Origin: a virus
Taxonomy: Duplodnaviria; Caudoviricetes
IMG/VR virus record: IMGVR_UViG_3300020473_000025
Span: 1-64,000 of that record
Length of the DNA stretch: 64,000 nt
Reading direction: 5' to 3' (one strand)
Of this stretch, positions 30,982-40,622 are shown one piece after another (the stretch's first letter is position 1; every line of letters begins with the position of its first letter). The notes beneath the pieces were generated by a model that was not told the origin of the DNA, made no database searches, and saw nothing but the letters and a program-made list of their open reading frames with translations. Both the position numbers and the translations under genes were made by a program.

Positions 30982-30989
30982 CTTTTTTT
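30937..30989 (+). terminator. Hairpin + TATGCCGT + T-run
   Basis: CCTTCCTACACC-loop-GGTGTAGGAAGG TTT TATGCCGT CTTTTTTT. Confidence 0.75.
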
Positions 30990-31053
30990 GTTTTCGTTTT
31001 TACACCCTCAACCAATACCATGAGCAGAAGAATTAACTAAGACGAGTGTCAAT

Positions 31054-33189
31054 ATGGAAAACCCATTTGTTCTCCCTACCCAAGAGTATGGTCGAGATTT
31101 GAATGTCCTGGAACGTTACTATCAGGATACCGCAAGATACCTAGCCTTAGAGACAGGTTGTTCACATGACGAGTGTTATCAGTGGGTTAAAGAAACTACC
31201 CACCCTTCAAGTGGTAAGTTACCTTTAAAAGATCCAAAGGTACTAAGCCTTAAACGAGATAAGCCAGGTGAGCGTGATAAGTGGGAAACTACATTCCTTG
31301 GCTACCTTCAAAAGGTAAACAACGAGAACTTAATCATCAGCCCTACACTAGCAGCATATAGACACCCCGACCAACACGAGTCTATCCTTGCTAAGTATAT
31401 CCGTAAGAATGTAGATAAGCGTAATGCTGTTAAGAAAAAGAAATTCCAGTCTACGATGGCAGGTAATGACGCTGAGGCTGGCTTTTACGACATCCTGCAA
31501 TCTACATTTAAAATCAAGAACAACTCAGTGAGTGGTGGTCATGCATCAGCCTTTACACCGCTTTATAACAAATCAACCCATTCTACGTTGACATCTACCT
31601 GCCGTTCGGCTACCGGGTACGCCAACGCCAACAACGAACGCTTCTTATACGGTAACCGTCACTATTACGATGTGGATGTGGCAATCCAGAACATCATCTC
31701 AATAATCAACAATAGCGATTATAAGACAATAGCAGAAGCGGTAGAGAAATATAATCTACACATCCCTAGTGTAGAGGAAGTCTGTGAGACGATTAAATAT
31801 TCAACAGACCTTTACTGGCGCAACCTGCAGTGGTCTAGCCGTATCCACAGTCTGATATCTAAACTGTCTGATATGGAACGTGTAGCGTATACTTACACGG
31901 GTAATTTCTACCATCTACGTGAATTAAACCCAGAGTTCACTAGAACGTTCCTAGATCGGTTTACTACGTGTTCAGACACCACGATAGACAATCCGGAAAC
32001 AGTCATCAGTGAAATGGATGGGGATCTTGAAGCGTATGTGGGTATCCTGCACGCTCACGACTTAAAGAATAAACCTATCTTTAAGATCAAAGAATCTGAA
32101 CCTGAGACTTATGCACGCATTGCTAGTTCAGTTAACAATATCTTTGGCTTACTGCGAGAATATACAGTATTGTTTAAAGCGTTCTGGGTGACCCTCAACC
32201 CGCCTGCATCGGTAGCGGTATTACCCGACGCTATACGTCGTGGTGTATTGGTGTCGGATACAGACTCTACTATCTTCACTGTTCAAGACTGGACCATGTG
32301 GTATAAGAATGGGGTGGTTGACTTCGACGCTAAAACAACGAGCGTATGGGCGTTTGTTGTATACATCGCTCAGATGACTACCATGCACTTACTCGCTCTG
32401 TTGTCATCTAACATGGGTGTGGCTAAACCTGACTTGTATAAGTTATCAATGAAGAACGAATACATGATGCCCGCGTTGTCATTGACAAGTCGTGCTAAAC
32501 ACTACGCCTACTACATTAGTGCGCAGGAAGGTAACGTCTATAAGAAGATGAAAACGGATATCAAGGGGGTTGAGCTTAAATCTACTAAAGCCCCTAAAGA
32601 AATCATTGAAAAACTACACAAGTACATCATGAAGCCGATGGACTGGACGCTGGAAGGTAAGAAAATCCCTATTAAAGAAATGATGCAAGAAGTTGCTGAT
32701 CAAGAGCACGCTATCATTGACAGCCTTAATCAGGGTAAGATCGATTATCTAACCACCGCCGGTATTAAAGCGGCTGAATCGTACGCTAACCCACAGGGAT
32801 CTAATTACATCTATTACGACTTTTGGAATACTGTCTTTGGTCCTAAGTATGGTGAGGTGCCACCACCGCCGTATAGTACGGTAAAGGTATCGTTAAATGC
32901 TACCTCTAAGACAAAAGTAGCAGAGTGGATACGTAGTATCAAAGATGTCGAATTAGCAGAGCGTCTTGAAGACTGGATGGGTAAGAATAACAAGCTAACA
33001 GGGATAACGCAGTTCTTAATCCCCATGGATGTTATTAGTACCAAAGGGATGCCTGAGGAAATAATCCAATGTATGGATATACGGAAGATTGTGTTCACCA
33101 CCATGGCACCATTCTATCTGGTGTTAGAGACGTATGGGGTGTATATGAAAGATAAGAACATCACTAAGCTTGTTAGCGATATCATGTAG
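31054..33189 (+). CDS. Family B DNA polymerase, polymerase-domain subunit (phiKZ gp50-like split PolB)
   Basis: Motif B K...NS..G (KIKNNSVSG), motif C SDTDS, AKHY and IKGV. No exonuclease domain is visible. Confidence 0.88.
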   Translation: MENPFVLPTQEYGRDLNVLERYYQDTARYLALETGCSHDECYQWVKETTHPSSGKLPLKDPKVLSLKRDKPGERDKWETTFLGYLQKVNNENLIISPTLAAYRHPDQHESILAKYIRKNVDKRNAVKKKKFQSTMAGNDAEAGFYDILQSTFKIKNNSVSGGHASAFTPLYNKSTHSTLTSTCRSATGYANANNERFLYGNRHYYDVDVAIQNIISIINNSDYKTIAEAVEKYNLHIPSVEEVCETIKYSTDLYWRNLQWSSRIHSLISKLSDMERVAYTYTGNFYHLRELNPEFTRTFLDRFTTCSDTTIDNPETVISEMDGDLEAYVGILHAHDLKNKPIFKIKESEPETYARIASSVNNIFGLLREYTVLFKAFWVTLNPPASVAVLPDAIRRGVLVSDTDSTIFTVQDWTMWYKNGVVDFDAKTTSVWAFVVYIAQMTTMHLLALLSSNMGVAKPDLYKLSMKNEYMMPALSLTSRAKHYAYYISAQEGNVYKKMKTDIKGVELKSTKAPKEIIEKLHKYIMKPMDWTLEGKKIPIKEMMQEVADQEHAIIDSLNQGKIDYLTTAGIKAAESYANPQGSNYIYYDFWNTVFGPKYGEVPPPPYSTVKVSLNATSKTKVAEWIRSIKDVELAERLEDWMGKNNKLTGITQFLIPMDVISTKGMPEEIIQCMDIRKIVFTTMAPFYLVLETYGVYMKDKNITKLVSDIM

Positions 33190-33197
33190 GAGGATGT

Positions 33198-33587
33198 GTG
33201 GCAGATAATTTTCTAGCATACCCTAGCCATAGAAAAGGAAGCAGTATCAATAAAGTACTGTCTTCTTTCAAAGAAGGTCAGCGTGTCATTGCTGTGGTTG
33301 ATATTACAGAGGGTGAGTTTGACATGCCCTATGCAAAGGCAAATGATGTATTGCGTATTAAAACAATTCATCTAGACGGTAGAGTAAATCCCATCGAGGT
33401 CTATCACGAACTTGGGGCGGTAGAATATAGAACAGCACTGGAGATACCTAAAGGTTTAGATTATAGCCTTGGGGATAAAGCGTTCTTTGTTAGCGAGCAA
33501 GAGATAGCCGCTACAGTTACCAATCCGTTTATGGATAGACTTCCACCTACAGGCGGTCGATACGTTAACCCAAACTATCGTAAGTAA
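33198..33587 (+). CDS. Hypothetical protein
   Basis: GGAGG RBS with GTG start. Confidence 0.7.
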   Translation: MADNFLAYPSHRKGSSINKVLSSFKEGQRVIAVVDITEGEFDMPYAKANDVLRIKTIHLDGRVNPIEVYHELGAVEYRTALEIPKGLDYSLGDKAFFVSEQEIAATVTNPFMDRLPPTGGRYVNPNYRK

Positions 33588-33590
33588 GAC

Positions 33591-33639
33591 AGCATAACCA
33601 GGAAGATCTAGCACGATGCTAGATCTTCCTGTATGCCGT
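33591..33639. terminator. Bidirectional hairpin element
   Basis: AGCATA..CAGGAAGATCTAGCA-CGA-TGCTAGATCTTCCTG-TATGCCGT; long stem, no U-tract. Confidence 0.7.
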
Positions 33640-34727
33640 TATAAGAGGAGTTTAAGTCCCTCAAGCTCTATCTCTAAAAGATCCCTAATAACGCCGTGAG
33701 GAGCGACCAGCGTGGTCTTATCGCTACGGGCTCGTCTTAGTTCACGTTTGAGTGCATTTTCAAAGTCTCTGTCCTGACCTTGCTGCGTGGTTAGATACCA
33801 CGATGTAGCATGTTTGATCCAAGGTAACCATATCAACCAAAGTATCCAGCTCACCTGTCTGGTGCTAACTAAACGGTTAAATGGTAACGCATCTCGCATG
33901 CGTTGATCTAATCGCAATGGTACATTGTCTAATACGTCATCTATGGACGCATTCATTCTGATTAGTTCATCAATAACATCAGGGTATTCTTTATCAACGC
34001 CCCCATCGAAACTAGGAATAGCTAGAATAGGCTTAATCGCACTTTTAGTTTGCGTTTCCCCAAGATAGTGGCGCAAGTAACGGTTCATTAAGCTAATAGA
34101 TACCTGATGATTTAACATATTTGCTAGTACGTACTGATAGACAAACTGATTAGTAGAGCCGCGTTGGTCTATGGGCTTAAGATTTTCATAATGTGCCCAT
34201 GTTCTATACTGGACGGCAAGTAATGGAATGTCTATTGCAATAACGCTATAACCTACCTCTTCGTGTTGTTTTTGTCCGTCAGGGAGGTTCAAGTTTAAGT
34301 CACTGCTAGGATGATATAAGACACGCACTGCGTTAGCATTAGACCAATCAGCAAGTAAACCACTACTGGCCCACTGTGGGCGCGTTAACGTTGTAGCTAC
34401 CAGGATGTCTACGATGTTACCACCATAGAACTCACCTTCCAAAGGTGGGTAGGTGGATATCTCGGTGCTAATCTGTTGACCATGTGCAATATCAGTTTCA
34501 ATGTCTTCTAGGTAATCGTAGTAGCGCATCATGTTCATAGCGTTCATGGATGGTAGGTTATCTAGAAGCTTAACAAGGGGCTGTGTGTCTTTTAAACGTC
34601 GAGGTGCGCTTATTGCCTTGGCTTTAACACGCTCTAAGGCTTTGTCTAATCCGCGTTGGGCTTGGAAAAGACCCGCAAAAACCTTTTGGTTGCGGTTAGG
34701 GGAATCTGGAGTAAAAAGCCGTTGCAT
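33639..34727 (-). CDS. Conserved phiKZ-like protein (gp52-like), divergent from chimallin
   Basis: 362 aa; VIAIDIPLLAVQYR.W ... FV.QYVL.NML; synteny. Confidence 0.6.
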   Translation of the reverse strand: MQRLFTPDSPNRNQKVFAGLFQAQRGLDKALERVKAKAISAPRRLKDTQPLVKLLDNLPSMNAMNMMRYYDYLEDIETDIAHGQQISTEISTYPPLEGEFYGGNIVDILVATTLTRPQWASSGLLADWSNANAVRVLYHPSSDLNLNLPDGQKQHEEVGYSVIAIDIPLLAVQYRTWAHYENLKPIDQRGSTNQFVYQYVLANMLNHQVSISLMNRYLRHYLGETQTKSAIKPILAIPSFDGGVDKEYPDVIDELIRMNASIDDVLDNVPLRLDQRMRDALPFNRLVSTRQVSWILWLIWLPWIKHATSWYLTTQQGQDRDFENALKRELRRARSDKTTLVAPHGVIRDLLEIELEGLKLLL

Positions 34728-34777
34728 GGGTCACCTGTGGATGAGTGAAGTGATGTAAAGTTTTAATGTTTTCGAGT

Positions 34778-34788
34778 CATACTATAGA
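34778..34788 (-). promoter_or_regulatory. CTATAGTATG(A) late-type (TATG) promoter candidate
   Basis: Reads TCATACTATAG on +; the same word lies upstream of the intron HNH ORF and a near-identical one at 30821. Confidence 0.45.
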
Positions 34789-34870
34789 GACAGGTAGCTG
34801 TCAGTGTACTTATACTTGGTATAGGTGCCTAACCTGTGTCCCTCTGTGAGGCGATTCAACCTAATTAAAC

Positions 34871-34881
34871 ACCTATATCAT
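34871..34881 (+). promoter_or_regulatory. Early promoter motif variant ACCTATATCAT upstream of chimallin
   Basis: Two mismatches to the consensus, in the same AAACACCTATAT context as 4841. Confidence 0.6.
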
Positions 34882-34956
34882 TCTAGTGGTCTATCCGGGA
34901 ATGGAAGATCTATTAGCTAATTTTAAGTTTGACAACATAATAAAAGGTATACCATT

Positions 34957-36825
34957 ATGGCTGTAAATAAAGATAACAAGTCTACTCCGTCTAACCCTGC
35001 TATGGCAGAAGCAATGAAAGAGTCAGGCGCGCAGCAAAGCCGTTCAACAAACCAAACCCAACCCAGTCGAGGAAGAAACGTGGAAGGTCCAAAATCCCTA
35101 GCCGGTCTTAATTCTTTATTCAGCAACCCAATGACGCGTAGCACTGCAGGCGAAGTCACTGGTGAGCTAACTCAAACGCTTCGTAAGATCCTATCTTCAG
35201 AGCGCAACAGCGTACTTGAGAAAGTAACGATTGAACCTGTGGACGGCGATAGCCATTCACTAGCCCTTTCTGTAATTGTATTACAGTTCCCATTCAACGA
35301 GCACGTTGCCTGCTATACCTACATTGTAGAAGGTTCTGGTGACGGTCTTGCAGATCGCGTTCCAACTATTGCCGGACAGCAAGTAAACATCAAGACTGTT
35401 CCTGGTGACGTATACGACGATAACATGTGGGAACAAGTTAACATGTATCTTCGCAGCAAGTACGGTAGTGAACGCAGCTTCATCGATGTTGGTGCTAACG
35501 TAATTCCACGTACAGTTACCGCTGACCATGAGAAAGAAATCCGCAGCCTGTTATACTTCGGTATCACTGCGTGTTACACTACTCTACTTAAAATCAATGG
35601 CGATGCCAGCAACAGCATTAGCGTAGCTGATATCAACACCGGCGACGTACTAGCAGCGCAACTTCGCTACAATCCAGGCGACACACAAACGGCTGCTGGT
35701 CAAACTGTACGCTCAGATCTATCTATCGCACTACGCGGTATTATGCAGACAGGTGAAGCGGTATCTGCTAAGCAGACCATTCCACTAACCACTGTTGATG
35801 GTTACATGGATCTAACTTACGTTCCACGTCAGCAACAACAAATGGCGTATGGTCAGCCTGTTGATCACCGTCAATACGTACCGCGTCTAGTAATGACTAA
35901 CGTATCTTCTGGTCTAAGCGTTAACACGCTAGAGCTTGAACTACTAGGTCTTTCTACTACGGTACTAGCAGCCCAGCACCACGCATGGGTTAAGTGCTTC
36001 AAGCCTGTATACGGTGCAAGCAAGAATGACATCCATGACATCGGTGCACTAGGCTTTGAAGTTGATTTCGCAAACAATGGCGAGTACGGTCGTATCTCTA
36101 CTAAGAGCGATTCATTCTCAGACCAAAGTCTGTTTGAGCTAGTACAACGCAGCATGTACAACGAAGTACTGTTCTCTTGGGATATCCCTGAGACAGGTGA
36201 CCTAAGCTGGTTACAAGAAACGTTCCTAGCCGCAGCGGCTGGTAACAGCAAAGCAATTAACACTCTGTTCAATGCAGCAGATACGTTAACTGGTGGTGCG
36301 TTTACTCGTAACTACGACGGTGCTCCTCCTCTAATGAGTGAGATTACTCGTGTACATCTTGGTACTTACCTAGATGAAAACAATACTCTACGTGATCTAC
36401 GTGATCTTGATTACCTAGCGATGCTAAACATCTACGGTGATAAAGACCTAGGTCTAGTTGAAGCATTTGGTAACACATACGACCAGACTGATCGTCCTCA
36501 AGAACTACGTCTGGCAGAGCGTGCTAAAATCATCGAAGCTACACTAGGTGATACAGTAACCATCACTGGTTACGCACGTCGTGTTACATTCAATCCTAAG
36601 TTCATTGAAGCGCTTGCTATGGCTTGTGCAGAAGCTGGACTTAAGATCCGCCCTGAGGGTATCTACGGTAACGACATGGGTGCCATTCGTGGTAACACGT
36701 CAGCTGTTGGTATGGGTATTGGTCAAAACGCCGGTGGTGCTGTCTTCCAACAAGGTGGTGCTAACTGGGGCGGTTCTGGTATGGGTTACGGTGCTCGTAA
36801 CTCTGGTGGACTGTGGAACCGCTAA
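34957..36825 (+). CDS. chmA: Chimallin, major phage nucleus shell protein
   Basis: 622 aa with disordered N- and Gly-rich C-termini; RSDL, GYMD..Y, DIGAL..E, G.Y......RDLR.LDYLA and GYARRV.F motifs; lies between a gp52-like gene and the nvRNAP gp55-like gene. Confidence 0.88.
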   Translation: MAVNKDNKSTPSNPAMAEAMKESGAQQSRSTNQTQPSRGRNVEGPKSLAGLNSLFSNPMTRSTAGEVTGELTQTLRKILSSERNSVLEKVTIEPVDGDSHSLALSVIVLQFPFNEHVACYTYIVEGSGDGLADRVPTIAGQQVNIKTVPGDVYDDNMWEQVNMYLRSKYGSERSFIDVGANVIPRTVTADHEKEIRSLLYFGITACYTTLLKINGDASNSISVADINTGDVLAAQLRYNPGDTQTAAGQTVRSDLSIALRGIMQTGEAVSAKQTIPLTTVDGYMDLTYVPRQQQQMAYGQPVDHRQYVPRLVMTNVSSGLSVNTLELELLGLSTTVLAAQHHAWVKCFKPVYGASKNDIHDIGALGFEVDFANNGEYGRISTKSDSFSDQSLFELVQRSMYNEVLFSWDIPETGDLSWLQETFLAAAAGNSKAINTLFNAADTLTGGAFTRNYDGAPPLMSEITRVHLGTYLDENNTLRDLRDLDYLAMLNIYGDKDLGLVEAFGNTYDQTDRPQELRLAERAKIIEATLGDTVTITGYARRVTFNPKFIEALAMACAEAGLKIRPEGIYGNDMGAIRGNTSAVGMGIGQNAGGAVFQQGGANWGGSGMGYGARNSGGLWNR

Positions 36826-36846
36826 GTTAAAATTAGCTAAGTAGTT

Positions 36847-36885
36847 AGAAAGAGGGTCTTCGGATCCTCTTTCTTTTTTATGCCC
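36847..36885 (+). terminator. UUCG hairpin terminator + TATGCCC
   Basis: AGAAAGAGGGTC-TTCG-GATCCTCTTTCT TTTT TATGCCC. Confidence 0.8.
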
Positions 36886-36910
36886 GTTTATAATAAAATA
36901 AGGACTTTTC

Positions 36911-37429
36911 GTGGCAAAGCCTATAGTTGAATCAATCTTAACAATAACAACACCTCGCCCATCAGATATCAAAACACTTGAAGAACAGCAAGGTATTATT
37001 CTCAAACCCATTAACGGTTTTAAAGATGCATGGGTTAGTCGATGTGGTAAAATCATCAAACTACACTACCCGCTAATGGGTGATGCGTGTTATTACTACG
37101 CCACCCTCACGGTGCGCCGTCAAGATCAACGTTTGATGGTAACACTCAAAAGCAGCGCTGGCTCTACCATGCGAACGCTATCTGGTTTAGTCGCTCGTGC
37201 CTATCTAGAAGCGCCTATAGACCCCTCGCGTTTTGATTTAATCAACATTGACGAGGACAGAAGTAATTGTCATGCCGATAACCTAGCATGGCGGCTTAAA
37301 TCTCACACTACCAACTACTATTACGAGGTGAAAGATACGCGTGATGGTTCAGTTATGGAGTTTGATACTAAGAAAGATTTTCATGATTGGGTAAGTAAAA
37401 CGTTTACGTTTAACAGAAAGAAAAGGTAG
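36911..37429 (+). CDS. Degenerate NUMOD4/HNH homing-endonuclease-like protein
   Basis: KPINGF...WVS..G, LVARAYL, NIDEDRSNCHADNLAW and a C-terminal V.D..DG...EF module. Confidence 0.7.
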   Translation: MAKPIVESILTITTPRPSDIKTLEEQQGIILKPINGFKDAWVSRCGKIIKLHYPLMGDACYYYATLTVRRQDQRLMVTLKSSAGSTMRTLSGLVARAYLEAPIDPSRFDLINIDEDRSNCHADNLAWRLKSHTTNYYYEVKDTRDGSVMEFDTKKDFHDWVSKTFTFNRKKR

Positions 37430-37483
37430 GTTTTTACAGGGGTGAGTAACATTATGTTTATTATCTAAAGGTAATGTGCTTAG

Positions 37484-37494
37484 ACCTATATTAC
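37484..37494 (+). promoter_or_regulatory. Early promoter motif ACCTATATTAC
   Basis: Exact motif upstream of nvRNAP beta' exon 1. Confidence 0.75.
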
Positions 37495-37537
37495 TAAAAA
37501 AGAATAAGCCCTTAACAAATTAAAATAAGGAGAGATC

Positions 37538-38896
37538 ATGCAGGCTGATATCAGTGCGGTAGCTGACCCGACTAACGCACCCATCGATCAACTTAAAGGT
37601 CCTATTAGTTGGAACTATGACGATCGACAAGGTGGTGTTCATCTGGCGCTAGAAGATCATGATAAGATCTTTAATAACCTGTCCAACCCCCCTATCATCG
37701 TCAATGACGTCAACACGCTGTCTCAGGAAGACAAACAGAAATTCAATGATCTAATATCTACGCGATACGAGGGTGATTCATTATCTATCGTACCGTCGTG
37801 TGACTGTGGTGAATTATCAGGCGGTTATAACTTAGGTAAGGTTTGCGGTGTCTGTCAGACTGAAGTCCAGCAGTCTACAGAAAAGCGCATCGAGTCTACG
37901 TTATGGATGAAAGCACCGGATGGTGTTCATGGGTTTATTAACCCTAACGTCTGGTTGATGTTTGAGAAATACTTCTCAAGTAAGCAGTTGTGTCTTGTCG
38001 AGTGGTTGTGTAATCCTAACCTACGTTACGACAATGAGAAGAATGAGTCATTAAACCGCTTGAAGCGTTACAACTTTAAACGTGGCTATAATAACTTCAT
38101 TGAAAACTTTGACACAATAATGAATGCACTGTATGACATATTCGCTATACACAAGCGATTAGAGATACAAGACTTTAAAACCACGATGCGTAAGTATAGA
38201 CATTGTCTATTTAGTCAATACGTGCCGGTGCCTTCTAAAGTCGCATTCGTAACAGAGAAAAACGATTCAACCGTTACCTCTGATACGCAGACATCGTTAG
38301 CGATGGATGCTATACGTACCATGTCGTCTATCAAACAGGCACTACGTCCTCTTATGCCTAAACAGCTAGAGAACCGTACCCTTAAGTGTGTTAAACAGCT
38401 TGCTGTCTATTATGAAGAAACTTACAAGACACGTCTTGCCTCTAAAGATGGTTTCATTCGTAAACACATGATATCAGGTAGATTGCATTATACGGCACGT
38501 GCTGTTATTGTATCGTTGAGTGAACCCCACGAGTACGATGAGCTACATCTTCCATGGGGGTTATCGGTAGGATTACTACGTACGCACCTGACTAATAAGT
38601 TGTTAAAGTTAGGGTATACGCCACGTGCTGCTGCTTGTCTATTGCAAGAGTCTATTAGCCGCTATCATCCACTTGTAGATACGCTGTTAAATGAACTTAT
38701 AGACGAGTCCCCGTGTCTATCGGAAATAGCAGAACACGAACTTACCATGCCTAAGAAGAAAGGTCTGTATGTAATCATCCAGCGTAACCCATCACTACAT
38801 AGACTGTCAGCACAGTTCATGCGGGTTACTAAGATCATTAAAGACCCTAGCATCCAGACTATATCAATGTCAGTATTATCATTGACTGGTCCCAAC
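37538..38896 (+). CDS. Non-virion RNAP beta' N-terminal subunit (phiKZ gp55-like), exon 1
   Basis: Zn-finger CDCG...CGVC; K.G.IRKH..SGR...ARAVI and QRNPSLHR motifs; ends ...GPN just before the ADFDGD codons. Confidence 0.88.
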
Positions 38897-38939
38897 AGAT
38901 TAGTTGCTTAAATAAAATGTAAAGAAAAAAGTACCTTAG

Positions 38940-38950
38940 CTATAGTATGA
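38940..38950 (+). promoter_or_regulatory. Intron-internal CTATAGTATGA late-type promoter candidate for the HNH ORF
   Basis: TATG motif about 22 nt before the ATG, followed by a GAGG RBS in a TAGTT/AACTA mini-hairpin. Confidence 0.45.
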
Positions 38951-38971
38951 GATATAGTTGAGGAACTAAAA

Positions 38972-40207
38972 ATGAGTAAAGAAAATTGGAAACCTGTCAA
39001 GGGTTTCAGAAATGTAGAATGTTCGTACGACGGTAAGGTTAGGACGTTTAAATTTGATCGATATGCTGGTAGCAAGATCTATCACTATCCGTCAATTAGA
39101 GAAACTCCAACATCTAAAGGTACTTATCTGACGGTGTCGGTGGTACCAGAAGATAAAGAACACTTTGTCACTGCGCTCGTCCATGTCCTCGTGGCTGAAG
39201 CCCACGTTGATAAACCAGATACTGATGAGTTATTAGAAGTTAACCATGAAGATGGGGATAAACATAATAACCACGCAGATAATCTGGAATGGATGACACG
39301 CTCCGATAACCTTAAACACGCTTATAGGACAGGTCTTAGATCTGACTCTAGAGAAGTTAAGGTAGAAGATCTCGAAACAGGTGAGGTTCAAACCTTCTAC
39401 GCTATTGCTGAGTTTGCAAGAGCGTATGGATTAAGTGAGAACAAAGCATTAACCATCGCTAATGGATCAATGCGTCATCCGTGGAAAGGTCGTTATCGGA
39501 TAACGATATCAGGCGACTTTACCGTCAGAAAGCAAAAACATGTTAAAGATCTTGTAGCTAAGGACTATGTAACTGGTGAATTGATAATAGCCGATTCTAG
39601 ACTAAGTTTAGGGTTGATGTTAAAGATACATCCAGCTTCTATCACCTATCATCGCACCAGGCGACCTGATCAGCTTCTCGCTGGTTATGTAATGCGTGAA
39701 CTCGAAGAAGATATACAATGGCCTTCTTTTACTAAAGAAGAAGCCATAGCTTCTAGAGACGCGTATATGTGTCGGCCAAAAGCAAAGGATAAGCAGTTTG
39801 GCGTGGTGGTGAAAGACTACATAACTAATTCTGTTACAGAATATAAAGACATGGTGGAAGCAGAGAAAGCAACAGGCGTTAATCGTGGTACTATTAGTTT
39901 TGTATTGCGTCGTGGATCAGACATGCCCTTTAAAGGTATGGTGTTTCGATATTTAGGTGATGATAAACCATGGCCTGAGTTTCCCGATGATGTGGTAGAA
40001 GTTCTACCTCTTGTCAAGAAACCAGAATACCCATTGGCTTATATTCACGATAAAGAGACAGATGAAACAACCCTGTATGCTTCCATTGCTGACTTTGCGA
40101 GGCAGAACGGGTTTAATGCTGTCTCGGCGTCTAACGGCTTTAAGCAAAAGGGCGAGTTTAAAAACCGCTATAGCTATACTCCTCTACATTTAGAAACATT
40201 TATTTAA
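38972..40207 (+). CDS. Intron-encoded NUMOD4-HNH homing endonuclease with repeated C-terminal DNA-binding modules
   Basis: WKPVKGF, VHVLVAEA, VNHEDGDKHNNHADNLEW...N..HA; four V.D..TG-type modules. Confidence 0.9.
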   Translation: MSKENWKPVKGFRNVECSYDGKVRTFKFDRYAGSKIYHYPSIRETPTSKGTYLTVSVVPEDKEHFVTALVHVLVAEAHVDKPDTDELLEVNHEDGDKHNNHADNLEWMTRSDNLKHAYRTGLRSDSREVKVEDLETGEVQTFYAIAEFARAYGLSENKALTIANGSMRHPWKGRYRITISGDFTVRKQKHVKDLVAKDYVTGELIIADSRLSLGLMLKIHPASITYHRTRRPDQLLAGYVMRELEEDIQWPSFTKEEAIASRDAYMCRPKAKDKQFGVVVKDYITNSVTEYKDMVEAEKATGVNRGTISFVLRRGSDMPFKGMVFRYLGDDKPWPEFPDDVVEVLPLVKKPEYPLAYIHDKETDETTLYASIADFARQNGFNAVSASNGFKQKGEFKNRYSYTPLHLETFI

Positions 40208-40622
40208 GTAACCACAGTTGCGCCTACCAGTAATGGTGGGTCGAGTGACTCTTTGAACTGCTGGTAAATCCTAAAGCTTCTCTTACTACAGCATAGCTTG
40301 AAAAGGCAAGTGCGAATGTTGATGAAAATCAGAAAGAAAAGAGAAGATGACCTATGGCGAAAGTCTAAGGGTTGCTAACAATGGAAGCTCAGCATCTAAG
40401 ACCCTCTATGTTTCAGTGGGTGAAGATCAACGACTATCCCGGTAGCGGGAGTAGGACACCAAGTGGGTCCGAAGTGGAGAGCACCCTACCAGGTTAAGCT
40501 GGGGGTGAAGATATAGTCTAGCCTGTCTGTGAATTGACACAGAATACATGCCAGTATGGATGAAAGTCCCAGCAGCATGTAATGATGCGGGTAGGTATTA
40601 ACGACACCTATTGAATAACGCG

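Larger units (their letters stand above)
38897..40622 (+). mobile_element. Group I intron (IA-like, with P7.1/P7.2) carrying an HNH homing endonuclease
   Basis: Removal restores GPN-ADFDGD and the intron ends in G. P2 with GTAA loop (40222-40241), P4 TGCTGG/TCAGCA, P7 GACTAT (40432)/ATAGTC (40513), S-element AAGATATAGTC. Confidence 0.9.

Noticed and set aside
31054-33189. Missing 3'-5' exonuclease domain as a sign of truncation
   Set aside because: A split family B polymerase is the expected state in phiKZ-like phages; the other part is probably outside this window.
38897-38911. C-terminal RLVA* of the 457-aa ORF, suggesting a truncated or pseudogenised RNAP subunit
   Set aside because: These codons are intron sequence; splicing restores the catalytic motif.
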